From: Nitrospirota bacterium
GTDB taxonomy: Bacteria > Nitrospirota > UBA9217
NCBI GenBank assembly: GCA_035623825.1
Contig: DASPSR010000007.1
Location: forward strand, 160,001-224,000
Direction: 5' to 3'
Length of the DNA: 64,000 nucleotides
Below are positions 9,401 through 19,556 of the stretch, one piece after another (positions within the stretch are counted from its first letter, which is position 1; every line of letters starts with the position of its first letter). Under the pieces are notes generated by a model. It searched no databases, had not been told where the DNA came from, and worked only from the letters and a program-made list of their open reading frames with translations. Position numbers and translations under genes: made by a program.

Positions 9401-11569
9401 ATGACCGACCTTGTCGTTGATATAGCCGTCGGTATTTCCGTATACAAAACCTTCCATTATTGCGTACCCGAGGAGATACAGGGAAGTCTCATACCTGGGT
9501 CGCGCGTGCTTGTTCCCTTCGGAAGTAGGCATATACCCGGAACGGTCCTCGGGTTTACAAGCCAGAGCGACACGGCCGGTCTTAAATCCATTATCGAAGT
9601 CCTTGACAATGCCATTACGCCGGAACTCCTAGCCCTTGCACGCTGGGTGTCAGACTACTATATGTATCCCCTCGGCCAGACTATCGAAGCGCTGGTGCCC
9701 AAGGCAGTTTCACGCGCAAAACCAAGAAAGAAAAAATTCGTCAGGCTGTTGCGCCAGCCTTCGTCTCCTCTGCGCGGGGCAAAGCAGGCAGCGCTTCTCC
9801 AGATGATTCTAGAACGGGGAGAAACAGCGCTCGATGCCTTGATTGGTTTTTCACACGCCACGGTCAACGCGCTCAGGGGAGAGGGGATCATCGAGATCAT
9901 TGAACGTGAAATTCAGGTTCCTGCGGCGCCTGAGGGTTTTGTCCCGAGCATCCCGCCCCTACTCATGCCCGAGCAGGCCGAGGCAGTTCAGGGAATTACA
10001 GAAGCAGTTGAAACGGGTCGCTTCGAGGTATTCTTGCTGCACGGCGTGACTGGGAGCGGCAAGACTGAAATTTATCTTCGGGTAATCGCGAAGCTTGCGG
10101 ATAGATGCGGCGGCGCAATAGTGCTTGTTCCCGAAATTGCGCTCACGCCGCAGCTCCTTGCTAGGTTCCGAGGACGTTTCGGCAATCGTGTTGCCGTCCT
10201 TCATAGCGGGCTTACGGACCGCGAGCGTGCCGACGAATACCGGCGCATTCAGGCCGGCCACGTTGATGTCGCAATCGGCGCACGATCGGCAATTTTTGCC
10301 CCTTTCGAACGTGTGAGGCTCATCATCGTCGACGAGGAGCATGAGAATTCTTATAAGCAGGAAGAGGGACTCCGCTATCACGGACGTGACGTGGCGGTCA
10401 TGCGAGCGAAGCTTCAGAAAGCCGTTGTCGTGCTCGGCTCTGCCACGCCGTCACTTGAAAGCTACCACAATGCGAAAAGCGGCAAGTACCGCTATCTGCA
10501 CCTCCCGCACCGCGTGGACCATCGTCCCATGCCTCGGGTGGCGGTGGTCGATGCTAAAGCCCTGCCCAGACCTTCACTCTATTCCCCTGTTCTCGTCGAG
10601 CAGATCAAGAAGCGGCTCGAAAAGAATGAACAGACGCTCCTCCTCTTGAACCGCCGAGGTTTCTCATCCGTGCTTATCTGTGGGGACTGCGGCATCGCCA
10701 TTAAATGCCCAAGCTGCAGCGTGTCCCTGACCTTTCACAAATCGGATCAGAAGCTCAAGTGCCACTACTGCGGCTATCTCACCCGGCCTCCGGACCGCTG
10801 CCCGTCGTGCTCGAGCGTCAACCTGAAGCTGCTGGGCTCGGGTACGCAGAAGATTGAAGAAGAGCTTCAGATGCTCTTTCCGGCTGCGCGGATCAAGAGG
10901 ATGGACAGCGATACGGTCAAAGGCAGGCAGGCTTACGATACGTTGATCCGCCAGGTTGACCGGCGGGAGGTGGATATCCTGCTCGGCACCCAGATGGTCG
11001 CGAAGGGACATGACTTCCCGTCCGTGACGCTCGTGGGTGTCGTGGACGCCGATGTCGGGCTGAATCTGCCCGACTTCCGATCCGCGGAAAAGACCTTCCA
11101 ACTCATCACCCAGGCCGCGGGAAGGGCCGGGCGGGGAGACGCTTTGGGCGAAGTGGTCATCCAGACCATGAACCCGCACCACTATTCCGTCCAGCACAGC
11201 AGAAACCACGATTACGAAGGCTTCTATCATGACGAGATTTCCTACCGCAGGGAACTCGGGTATCCGCCAATCGGCAGGATCATCAAGCTCGAAGTGAAAA
11301 GTCCCAATGAATCACGTGCCGCAGAAGGGGCGAAGGCCGCGCAGGACCGAATACGCAGCCTTATGCGGGGAAAAGAGACCATGTTGCTTGGTCCCGCGCC
11401 TGCACCAATAGCAAAGGTTCGCGGCCAGTACCGGTTTCAGCTGCTCCTGCTTTCCCAGAAACGCGACGTGATCAGATTTCTTGCCGCAGAGGGCAGAAAT
11501 GCGGTCGCAGAAAAATCCGGCGGGAAGTGCAGAGTGATTGTTGATGTGGACCCGATGAATCTGATGTAA
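9401..11569 (+). CDS. priA: Primosomal protein N'
   Basis: GVTGSGKTE, VPEIALTPQ, DEEHE, four CxxC pairs, GTQMVAKGHDF, QAAGRAGR, DVDP. Confidence 0.96.
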   Translation: MTDLVVDIAVGISVYKTFHYCVPEEIQGSLIPGSRVLVPFGSRHIPGTVLGFTSQSDTAGLKSIIEVLDNAITPELLALARWVSDYYMYPLGQTIEALVPKAVSRAKPRKKKFVRLLRQPSSPLRGAKQAALLQMILERGETALDALIGFSHATVNALRGEGIIEIIEREIQVPAAPEGFVPSIPPLLMPEQAEAVQGITEAVETGRFEVFLLHGVTGSGKTEIYLRVIAKLADRCGGAIVLVPEIALTPQLLARFRGRFGNRVAVLHSGLTDRERADEYRRIQAGHVDVAIGARSAIFAPFERVRLIIVDEEHENSYKQEEGLRYHGRDVAVMRAKLQKAVVVLGSATPSLESYHNAKSGKYRYLHLPHRVDHRPMPRVAVVDAKALPRPSLYSPVLVEQIKKRLEKNEQTLLLLNRRGFSSVLICGDCGIAIKCPSCSVSLTFHKSDQKLKCHYCGYLTRPPDRCPSCSSVNLKLLGSGTQKIEEELQMLFPAARIKRMDSDTVKGRQAYDTLIRQVDRREVDILLGTQMVAKGHDFPSVTLVGVVDADVGLNLPDFRSAEKTFQLITQAAGRAGRGDALGEVVIQTMNPHHYSVQHSRNHDYEGFYHDEISYRRELGYPPIGRIIKLEVKSPNESRAAEGAKAAQDRIRSLMRGKETMLLGPAPAPIAKVRGQYRFQLLLLSQKRDVIRFLAAEGRNAVAEKSGGKCRVIVDVDPMNLM

Positions 11570-11611
11570 TGCGCGGAAAGTCAGTATCAGCTCCCTCCCA
11601 TACAAACCCGA

Positions 11612-13147
11612 TCAATGCGCCGGCGGAGGGTCGCCCGGCGACGTGGCCTGCTGCATCACGAATACGAGCGGAAGAACACACAGGATGAGCACGCAGATGG
11701 TAAGGAAGGCATCGGCGAACGCGAGGGTTGTTGACTGTCTGATCAGCTCCCCGTATATCAAACCGTTGGCGCCGGAACCCGGGAGGCCCTGGGTTCCCAG
11801 AAAAGCCGCCATTTTATCCCGGGAGATGGAATAGGCCGGATCGAAAGGGGACAGGTGTTCCACGAGACGCGTCTGGTGAAACTGGGCCCGCCGGGAAAGC
11901 ATGGTAGTCGTAAAGGCGATGCCCACGCTGCCACCAAGGTTCCGGAGCAGGTTGTACAAAGAAGTTGCCTCGGTCATATTTTCCCGGGGAACATGGGATA
12001 GGGTCATAGTCGTGAGCGGGATGAAGGTTAAACCCATGCCGACACCGAGAACTGCCCGGGGCCAGACGAAAGTCCAGAAGTCCGTCGTGAGATTGAAACG
12101 CGACATCAGGTAGGTGCTCAGGGCACAGATCGTTATCCCGACCGCAATAAGGCGCTTAGGATTGACTTTGCCTATCAACTTTCCCGCAAAGGGCATTGCG
12201 AGCATAGTTGCGAGACCGCCGGGACCGAGGACCAGCCCAGCATAAGACGCCGTATATCCCATGATCGACTGGAGAAAAATGGGTAGCAGCACGATGCTCC
12301 CGAAGAGGTTCAGGAACACGAAGAACATCACCGTGCATCCGTTCGCAAACGTACGGTCCTTGAAAAGGCGAAGATTGACAATTGCTTGTTTGGAATAGAT
12401 CTCGTTGACCGCGAGAAGCACTAGCGACACGGCCGAGATGACCGCGAAGGTCACGATCAGTTTTGAGCCGAACCAGTCTTCACTTTCTCCCTTGTCGAGG
12501 ATGAACTGGAGAGAACCCAGGCCGGCTGAGAGGAAGGCAATGCCCCAATAGTCGATCTTCATCTTTACACGCTTCATGTATGGTGGGTCCTGGATTACGA
12601 TGATGTTCATGATGATGGATAGGATGCCGATGGGAATGTTGATATAGAAGATCCAGCGCCAGGACCAGTTGTCCGTGATCCATCCGCCGAGCAGCGGGCC
12701 GGCGATAGGGCCGAGCATGGCACCCATGCCAAAGATGGCCATAGCCGTGCCGTGTTTTTCGCGGGGGAAACTTTCGAGCAGGATCGACTGGCTCAGCGGA
12801 ACGAGTCCGCCGCCTCCGATGCCCTGGATGATCCTGAAGAACACGAGGCTCTGAAGGCTCCAGGCCGAACCGCACATGAATGAACTAAAAGTGAAAAGGG
12901 TGATGGAGGCGATGAGATAGTTCTTTCTGCCGATAAGACGGGAGAACCACCCCGCCATCGGGATTATGATAGCATTCGACACAAGATAGGCAGTGATGGT
13001 CCACGTGGACTCGTCTATGCCTGCGGACAACGCTCCCCTGATGTGATTGAGCGACACGTTTACGACCGACGTGTCGATGATTTCGATCAATGTAGGGAGC
13101 ATGACCGTGAGGGCGATGATGCCACGGCTCATGGTATTCCGTGTCAT
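11612..13147 (-). CDS. emrB: DHA2-family MFS efflux permease (EmrB-like)
   Basis: IIDTSVVNV, RIIQGIGGG, GPLLGGWITDNWSWRWIFYINIPIG; 14-TM-type layout. Confidence 0.88.
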   Translation of the reverse strand: MTRNTMSRGIIALTVMLPTLIEIIDTSVVNVSLNHIRGALSAGIDESTWTITAYLVSNAIIIPMAGWFSRLIGRKNYLIASITLFTFSSFMCGSAWSLQSLVFFRIIQGIGGGGLVPLSQSILLESFPREKHGTAMAIFGMGAMLGPIAGPLLGGWITDNWSWRWIFYINIPIGILSIIMNIIVIQDPPYMKRVKMKIDYWGIAFLSAGLGSLQFILDKGESEDWFGSKLIVTFAVISAVSLVLLAVNEIYSKQAIVNLRLFKDRTFANGCTVMFFVFLNLFGSIVLLPIFLQSIMGYTASYAGLVLGPGGLATMLAMPFAGKLIGKVNPKRLIAVGITICALSTYLMSRFNLTTDFWTFVWPRAVLGVGMGLTFIPLTTMTLSHVPRENMTEATSLYNLLRNLGGSVGIAFTTTMLSRRAQFHQTRLVEHLSPFDPAYSISRDKMAAFLGTQGLPGSGANGLIYGELIRQSTTLAFADAFLTICVLILCVLPLVFVMQQATSPGDPPPAH

Positions 13148-14163
13148 TTTGCAATCACCGTTGGGTCGACGGACATGCCGATGCGCAGAACGTGTTCCTT
13201 GTCCGTCCCTTCTTCGAATACGATCTTGACCGGGATGCGCTGGACCACCTTGACGTAATTGCCTGTGGCGTTCTCCGGAGGGAACAGTGAAAAGGTCACT
13301 CCGGTCCCGGCCATGATGCTGTCGATCCTACCCTGGAAGACCTTGCCAGGATAACTGTCCACCTTTATTTTTACAGCTTGGCCCGGCCTGATGTTCTCCA
13401 TCTGTGTTTCTTTGAAATTTGCCGTTACCCAGATGTCGCTCAGAGGGACAACGGCCATGAGCGGCTGGCCCGCCTGTATCTGGTTTCCGGTCTGCACGGA
13501 CTTTTTCGTGATGTAGCCATCAGCAGGCGCATAGATCTTCGTGTACTGATAGTTGAGTTCGGCGAGCGTCGCCGTCGCTTCCTTCTGCCTGACCGTTGAC
13601 ACCTGTGTCAGTCTTTGAGATTCCGCCGACCGGAGCTGCTCTTCGGCCGCCTTTACCTGGGCTACGGCTACCTCGTAGGCTGTCATGGCGCGATCGTAAC
13701 GGTCGCGCGGGATGACTTCCTTCTGATAGAGGTTTTCTGCCCGCCTCTTCTCAATATCGGCCAGCTTAAGGTTGGCCCGTTGCAGCTCGAGGTCCGCCCG
13801 TGCAGCCGCGATCTTCGTCTCAGCCTCATCCAGCTTCGCCTTTTCCGCATTGACAACGGAGGACGCCTCACGGAACCGCGCGCTATAATCTGCCGGATCG
13901 ATATCGAGCAGAAGGTCGCCTTTTTTAATGGGCTGATTATCCGTGACGTAGATCTCCTTTACCGTGCCGCTGATTTTCGCCGCGATCGTGTGGATGTTGC
14001 CGTCGATGAAAGCGTCATCGGTGGAGACGTGCGTCTTGCGGTACCCGACATAGAAATAGCCGATGATCAGACCGGTCACCAGGACAGCCCCGACGATCAT
14101 AAACGCCTTTTTCTTTTTCTGGTTGTCCCCTGTCTGGGGATTCGGTGCTTGTTCTTCTGCCAT
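13144..14163 (-). CDS. emrA: HlyD/EmrA-family periplasmic adaptor
   Basis: STDDAFIDG, IYAPADG, ANFKETQ, FSLFPPENATGNYVKVVQRIPV. SD AAGGAG precedes ATG 14163. Confidence 0.9.
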   Translation of the reverse strand: MAEEQAPNPQTGDNQKKKKAFMIVGAVLVTGLIIGYFYVGYRKTHVSTDDAFIDGNIHTIAAKISGTVKEIYVTDNQPIKKGDLLLDIDPADYSARFREASSVVNAEKAKLDEAETKIAAARADLELQRANLKLADIEKRRAENLYQKEVIPRDRYDRAMTAYEVAVAQVKAAEEQLRSAESQRLTQVSTVRQKEATATLAELNYQYTKIYAPADGYITKKSVQTGNQIQAGQPLMAVVPLSDIWVTANFKETQMENIRPGQAVKIKVDSYPGKVFQGRIDSIMAGTGVTFSLFPPENATGNYVKVVQRIPVKIVFEEGTDKEHVLRIGMSVDPTVIAK

Positions 14164-14191
14164 GCGTAATTCTCCTTGGTGGTTATGACAC

Positions 14192-14241
14192 ATCGCAGGG
14201 GACATGGAGCCGAAAAATAACGCGATGTTGCCCCGTACCCA
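14192..14241 (-). repeat. Degenerate GTAG-type REP-like palindrome
   Basis: Minus strand reads GTACGGGGCAACAT...CATGTCCCCTGC, resembling GTAGGGGC...GCCCCTAC REPs. Confidence 0.35.
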
Positions 14242-14267
14242 TACCCTCTGCTTCCTTATTTAGCAAT

Positions 14268-15557
14268 CTATTTCCCATACACACTTAGGAGGTCCTTGCC
14301 CATGGAATAGAGCAGGCCGGCTTCGGCCCGCTCAAACCCGTATTGCGCACTCCACGTATTGGTCCGAGCTGCCGTCAGGAGCGTCACGGCATCGAGCAAT
14401 TCGATGGCCGTACCGACGCCTTCCTGGTAGCGAAGACGCTGGAGCCGGAGGTTCTCCTCGGCCTGGGCAACGGCGGTCTTCGTCACCTCGATCTTCTGCG
14501 CCGAGGTCTGGAGATTGAGGTAGGCCTCCTGCACATCAAGACGGACAGCATCGACGATCTTGTCTCGGGTGATCCTGAGTGACGCCAGTTCGCTCTTACC
14601 AATGTGTATCTTGGCGCTGCTTGCGCCGCCTGACGAGAGGTTGATGTTCACGCCTGCGATCAGGGACCAGTTGGACTGGTTAACCACGTACTGGTTTTCC
14701 TGGTATTCATATCCGCCGGAGAGATAGAAGCTGGGCAAATACTCAGCCTGCGTCGCTTTAATGCTCTCTTCCTTGGACCGTATCCCTGCGTCGATAACCC
14801 TGATCTCCGGGCTCTCGGCCTCGGCCACAGTCCAGGCGGCTTCGAGCGAGATGCCGGCTGAGGGGCTCTTCCTAACCTCTTCGGGCTGCACTGCTTCGTT
14901 CAGCGGCCGCAAAAGCAGGCTGTTTATGTGCGACGCCCGGACGGACCGGAGATTCTCGAAGGTCAGGTACCGTTGGCGCGAATCGGCGAGCGTGACGTCA
15001 GCCTGAAGCACGTCGTTCTTCGTTACCACACCGGCGTCATATCGCACCAGAGCATCCTGTTTGTGGGCCTCGTACTGTTTCACTTCTTCGGCCGCCACCT
15101 GAAGCAGCTTTTCCGACTCGAGGAGATCAAGATAAGCGATGATAAATTCCAAGGCCGAACGGTTCTTTGCCCGCAAGGTCTCTATCTCTCTGGCTTGGAG
15201 CCCGAATGCGGCGGCGTCTATGGATGACGAGGTTTTGCCAAAGTCATAGAGCAGCTGACTTGCTCTGACGCCGTAGGTCAAGTACCTATCCTGCGAGGTG
15301 GGGACCACATTGGGGCCGAACTTAAACTGAGGCTGATACTGAAGCCATGTCTCGTTTCCGTACAGGTCCACCGAGGGCAGCCAGGGGGAGCGCGCCAGGG
15401 ATACGGCGCCCCGGGCGACTTCTTCATCCGAACGAGCGATCTTCACGTCACGTCCTTTGGTCTCGACGATTTGCAACCCTTCTTCGAGGGTGAGCGAAAG
15501 GCCCGCCGCAGGGACGAAGAGTACGAAAAAGAACACTGCTATTGTCAAACGCCGCAT
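14268..15557 (-). CDS. TolC-family outer-membrane efflux protein
   Basis: Signal peptide and two OEP repeats (LLYDFG; YLPSFYLSGGY; RYQEGVGT). First gene of the operon with emrAB. Confidence 0.88.
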   Translation of the reverse strand: MRRLTIAVFFFVLFVPAAGLSLTLEEGLQIVETKGRDVKIARSDEEVARGAVSLARSPWLPSVDLYGNETWLQYQPQFKFGPNVVPTSQDRYLTYGVRASQLLYDFGKTSSSIDAAAFGLQAREIETLRAKNRSALEFIIAYLDLLESEKLLQVAAEEVKQYEAHKQDALVRYDAGVVTKNDVLQADVTLADSRQRYLTFENLRSVRASHINSLLLRPLNEAVQPEEVRKSPSAGISLEAAWTVAEAESPEIRVIDAGIRSKEESIKATQAEYLPSFYLSGGYEYQENQYVVNQSNWSLIAGVNINLSSGGASSAKIHIGKSELASLRITRDKIVDAVRLDVQEAYLNLQTSAQKIEVTKTAVAQAEENLRLQRLRYQEGVGTAIELLDAVTLLTAARTNTWSAQYGFERAEAGLLYSMGKDLLSVYGK

Positions 15558-15740
15558 GGAAGTACCTCAGGAAAGGTCTAAAAAAAATGTAAGTGGTCAC
15601 TATAATACGCTAAAATGAATAAAAAGGGAAGTCCTCATTATATGGCAATAAAATCCGTTCGTTGAGGACGAATTTTGTTTCACCTTGAATCTGGGATGAG
15701 TTATATTGTCAAGGATACAAAAGCGTAGAACGAGGGGAGC

Positions 15741-16670
15741 ATGCCGCAGGTGATATCCGCAAGTAGAAGGACTGACGTCCCCGCCTTTTATACGGATTGG
15801 TTCGTTAACCGGCTCAGGGCGGGTACAGTCCATGTCCAGCAGCCGTATACGAGCAAGCTTATACGCGTATCGCTCGAACCTGAGAACGTGAGCGCCATCA
15901 TCTTCTGGTCAAAGGATTTTGCACCGCTTCTTCGCAAACTCGAAGTGATCGAAAAAACAACGAAGAACCTCTTTTTTCATTTTACCATCACAGCAAACAG
16001 AGAGTTGGAGCCCGATACCCCTGATTACAGAGACGCGATAGCGGATTTCATCTTTATCACCCGGCGATATTCCCCGGAGCAGATCATCTGGCGGTACGAT
16101 CCCATCTGTATTACCGACACATCGTCCAGTGAAATTAACGAGGAACGCTTTATTCAATGCGCGGAGCTGCTGAAAGGATATGCGCAGAAGTGTACGATAA
16201 GTTACGTGCATCCTTACAAGAAAGTTCTGGAAAACTTGAAGAAGAAAACCGGCCACGCATTAATAGATCTATCCGTGGATAAGAAACGTGAATACGCACA
16301 TCGCTTGGCAGCGAGATCCGAGGTATACGGGATCCATCTCTCCGCCTGCTGCAATGATTATCTGCTGTCCGAAAAAATAAAAAAGGCAATCTGCATAGAC
16401 GGTCGTTATCTGACTAAGGTATTGAGAACGCCTGCCGATACGCGGCGAGCCGCAACGCGGAAGGAATGCGCCTGCACAACGAGCATTGATATCGGGGCAT
16501 ACAACACCTGTGCGCATGGCTGCTTGTATTGCTATGCAAACGACGATAAAGACAGGCCGAGACTGGCGCAGCAGCGGCATAATCCTGAGTGGAGCGCACT
16601 GAGTATGAATGTGTCTGAAGCCGAGTCAAGGAAAACAGAAAAGCAAGGGCAGCTTTTTCAGGATGACTAG
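15741..16670 (+). CDS. DUF1848 family protein (spore-photoproduct-lyase-like radical SAM)
   Basis: ISASRRTDVPAFY, FWSKD, WRYDPI, ECAC..SIDIGAYNTCAHGCLYCYA. Confidence 0.88.
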   Translation: MPQVISASRRTDVPAFYTDWFVNRLRAGTVHVQQPYTSKLIRVSLEPENVSAIIFWSKDFAPLLRKLEVIEKTTKNLFFHFTITANRELEPDTPDYRDAIADFIFITRRYSPEQIIWRYDPICITDTSSSEINEERFIQCAELLKGYAQKCTISYVHPYKKVLENLKKKTGHALIDLSVDKKREYAHRLAARSEVYGIHLSACCNDYLLSEKIKKAICIDGRYLTKVLRTPADTRRAATRKECACTTSIDIGAYNTCAHGCLYCYANDDKDRPRLAQQRHNPEWSALSMNVSEAESRKTEKQGQLFQDD

Positions 16671-16727
16671 ACGCAGGGAACGTTTAGAGGGCGCGGCATG
16701 CAAGAGAAGGCGTGGAATGCTTAGCCA

Positions 16728-16752
16728 GCAGGCCCGGATTTATCGGGCCTGC
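16728..16752. terminator. Hairpin between the convergent DUF1848 and csp genes
   Basis: GCAGGCCCG-gatttat-CGGGCCTGC. Confidence 0.55.
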
Positions 16753-16774
16753 AATATTTGATTGCGAAAGGGAG

Positions 16775-16984
16775 TTACGTCAATGTCTTTACAACGTGCG
16801 CTGCTTTGGGGCCTTTGGGGCTGTCAACAATTTCGAACGTTACTTCCTCGCCTTCGGAGAGGGTTTTGTAGCCTTCGCTCTCAATTTCGCTGAAGTGTAC
16901 AAAGACATCTCCACCCTCCTCCCGTTCAATGAACCCATAGCCTTTGGACTCACTGAACCATTTGACTTTCCCTCGAGTTGCCAT
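16775..16984 (-). CDS. Cold-shock protein
   Basis: GKVKWF, KGYGFI, DVFVHFS; strong SD AAGGAGG. Confidence 0.95.
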   Translation of the reverse strand: MATRGKVKWFSESKGYGFIEREEGGDVFVHFSEIESEGYKTLSEGEEVTFEIVDSPKGPKAAHVVKTLT

Positions 16985-17029
16985 ATAGGTACCTCCTTCG
17001 TGCGGAGTCGAAGATCGGAATTACGTAAT

Positions 17030-17061
17030 AAAAAAGCCGCGAAGCTGACAGTCTTCGCGGC
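17030..17061 (-). terminator. Intrinsic-terminator-like hairpin inside the csp 5' leader
   Basis: Minus strand GCCGCGAAG-8nt-CTTCGCGGC followed by TTTTTT, about 45 nt upstream of the csp ATG. Confidence 0.6.
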
Positions 17062-17391
17062 GCCACGTCGTTCACTGCAAAAAACTTCGAACTTCCAAAT
17101 ATATGGTCACACTTTCATGTCAAGATGTCAAGGATAATGATACCATGTCTCGGGAGCTTCGGTTTTCACATCCTTCACGCAGAGATCATGGGTTTTCCTC
17201 TTTGACGATCATTGACAGGCGCTAGAAAAAGGTCTAAATTACCATCTCCTGCCAGTCATCGTGGCATAATGATGGTGATTTCGATCTGTAATTCATTAAT
17301 AGGGGATGAACATACCCTACAGAACCGTATATGAACCTCTTCGCATCCGAGTCGATCCGTTGGATTCCCTAAAGATTTTGGAGATAGTAAG

Positions 17392-19380
17392 GTGAAAAGG
17401 ACACAGAAGCATACATACTACCTTGCAGCCTGTGTTTCACTCATAACATTTGTGGTCTATCTCTCATCTCTGCATCATGATTTCGTAGAATGGGATGATG
17501 CCCAGTATGTTACTGAAAATCCTCATATCCGCTCACTAAACATGGCCTTTATCAAGTGGGCTTTTTTTGATTTCCATGCAAGCAACTGGCACCCCCTTAC
17601 ATGGATATCTCATGCCGTTGATTATGCCATTTGGGGATTGAACCCATTGGGGCATCATCTGACAAATGTTGTTCTTCACGCCGCTAATACTTTTTTGGTG
17701 GTATTTCTCACAGTAATGCTTGTCAATGCATTGAAGGATACATCAATAAAAAATGGATTATCTGAATTCTTGGATGATCGGACGACACTTATAACTGGAG
17801 GGGTAACCGGGCTCTTGTTCGGTCTTCATCCCTTGCACGTCGAATCAGTGGTTTGGGTAGCGGAGCGGAAAGACGTCCTGTGTGCACTGTTCTTCCTGCT
17901 CAGCATCACCATGTATACGCAATATGCGGTCAGTATATCAAGCAGACCGCCTGAAGGACATCTATCTCCTCGATTTTTCAATAAACGGTATTTAGCTGCA
18001 CTCGCATTCGGCATCCTCGCGGTTCTCAGCAAACCAATGGCGGTTACCATCCCCGTCGTGCTGCTGATTTTAGACTGGTATCCTTTTGAGCGAATTCTGT
18101 CGCTGAAGACACTTCTGGTTGCCCTTGTCGAGAAGCTTCCGTTCATCGCATTGAGTTGTATTTCCTCGGTCCTGACGGTGTTGGCGCAGGGAACGGGAGG
18201 GGCCATCGTGCCCATAGAATCCGTGCCACTATCAGCACGAGTGCTGGTAGGAATAAGGTCCCTTATTTTGTATCTCTGGAAGATGATATGGCCTGTGAAT
18301 TTGATTCCCTTTTACCCATATCCAGCGGACGTATCCCTATCATCATTGGAATATCTATCAGCAACGGCTATGGTGATCGCGATCACGGTGATCTGTGTGG
18401 TGAGCGCTCAAAGGCAGAAATTATGGTTATCGGTCTGGAGCTATTATGTCATAACCCTGGCTCCCGTGCTCGGTATTATTCAGGTGGGAAGACAGGCAAT
18501 GGCAGACAGATATACGTATTTACCGAGCCTGGGACCATTCCTCATTGTGGGTTTAGCCGTCGCATGGACTTGGAGAAAGGTCAATGCCATAACGAGATGG
18601 AATTCGATCAAAAAACCGTTCAGCGCTGCCACCATTTTTGTGCTGATAGCCATGTCATATTTAACCTTGGCACAGATAGGCATTTGGAACAACAGCATTC
18701 GGCTATGGAGCTATGTCATCGGGAAAAATCCAGAGAGAGCCCATCTTGTCTTTTATTTTCGCGGCCTGGCTCTTCTCAATACCGACCAGGCAGACAAAGC
18801 CATCGATGATTTTGACAGAGCGATAGCTTTGGATCCGTATTTTAGTGATGCTTTTTTAAATCGAGGCAATGCTTTCGAAAAAAAAGGCGAGTTTGAGAAA
18901 GCAATCAACAACTTCGATAGGGCAATCGCCTTGAACCCTTCTTATGAAGCCTATTTCAATCGAGGTATCACATTTGAAAAAATGGGACAACTCGACAAAT
19001 CAATCGGGGACTATGACCGGGCAATCGCCTTAAACCCGTCCCGGTATGAAGCTTATCAAGCGGGAGGCACGCTGTATGGCAAGATGGGCTTGTTCGATAA
19101 GGCGATAGAATATTTTAATAGGTATATTGCTATAAATCCAAAGCATTCTGAATCTTACAACAATCGTGGTCTGTGCTACGCATACCTAGGCGAGGATGAT
19201 CGAGCACTACAGGATTTTAATAAAGCAATTGCACTGGATCAAGACTTGGCTGTTACTTATCGTAACCGCGGTAATCTTTATCTGAGAACGGGCAGGAGAG
19301 AACTCGCCTTCCCGGATTTTCAAAAAGCCTGTGATCTCGGGAATGAACCGGCTTGTAACGCATTAAAAGCGATACGGTAG
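17392..19380 (+). CDS. TMTC-like GT-C membrane glycosyltransferase with C-terminal TPR repeats
   Basis: WDD..Y..ENP, NWHPLTWISH, HPLHVESVVW..ERKD, ADRYTYLP, many TM helices, about 6 TPRs. TTGACA-17-TAAATT promoter upstream. Confidence 0.8.
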   Translation: MKRTQKHTYYLAACVSLITFVVYLSSLHHDFVEWDDAQYVTENPHIRSLNMAFIKWAFFDFHASNWHPLTWISHAVDYAIWGLNPLGHHLTNVVLHAANTFLVVFLTVMLVNALKDTSIKNGLSEFLDDRTTLITGGVTGLLFGLHPLHVESVVWVAERKDVLCALFFLLSITMYTQYAVSISSRPPEGHLSPRFFNKRYLAALAFGILAVLSKPMAVTIPVVLLILDWYPFERILSLKTLLVALVEKLPFIALSCISSVLTVLAQGTGGAIVPIESVPLSARVLVGIRSLILYLWKMIWPVNLIPFYPYPADVSLSSLEYLSATAMVIAITVICVVSAQRQKLWLSVWSYYVITLAPVLGIIQVGRQAMADRYTYLPSLGPFLIVGLAVAWTWRKVNAITRWNSIKKPFSAATIFVLIAMSYLTLAQIGIWNNSIRLWSYVIGKNPERAHLVFYFRGLALLNTDQADKAIDDFDRAIALDPYFSDAFLNRGNAFEKKGEFEKAINNFDRAIALNPSYEAYFNRGITFEKMGQLDKSIGDYDRAIALNPSRYEAYQAGGTLYGKMGLFDKAIEYFNRYIAINPKHSESYNNRGLCYAYLGEDDRALQDFNKAIALDQDLAVTYRNRGNLYLRTGRRELAFPDFQKACDLGNEPACNALKAIR

Positions 19381-19556
19381 CACAGGTTATGTGAGAATTA
19401 AGAATTGCAAGTCCCGGGGCATTTTTGCACGCCGTTCCTGGGAAATTGCCACGAAGGTGAGTGCTGATTTGTAATACGCAATCCAGCGCGAATCAATAGC
19501 TTCGACGGGTGATAACTGCGAATAAATAGGCAAAACGATAAAGCACCGATCTCTCT

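Noticed and set aside
17240-17340. Possible fluoride-riboswitch-like leader before the TPR gene
   Set aside because: Only fragments (GATGG, CCTAC) resemble the consensus, and the gene context does not fit.
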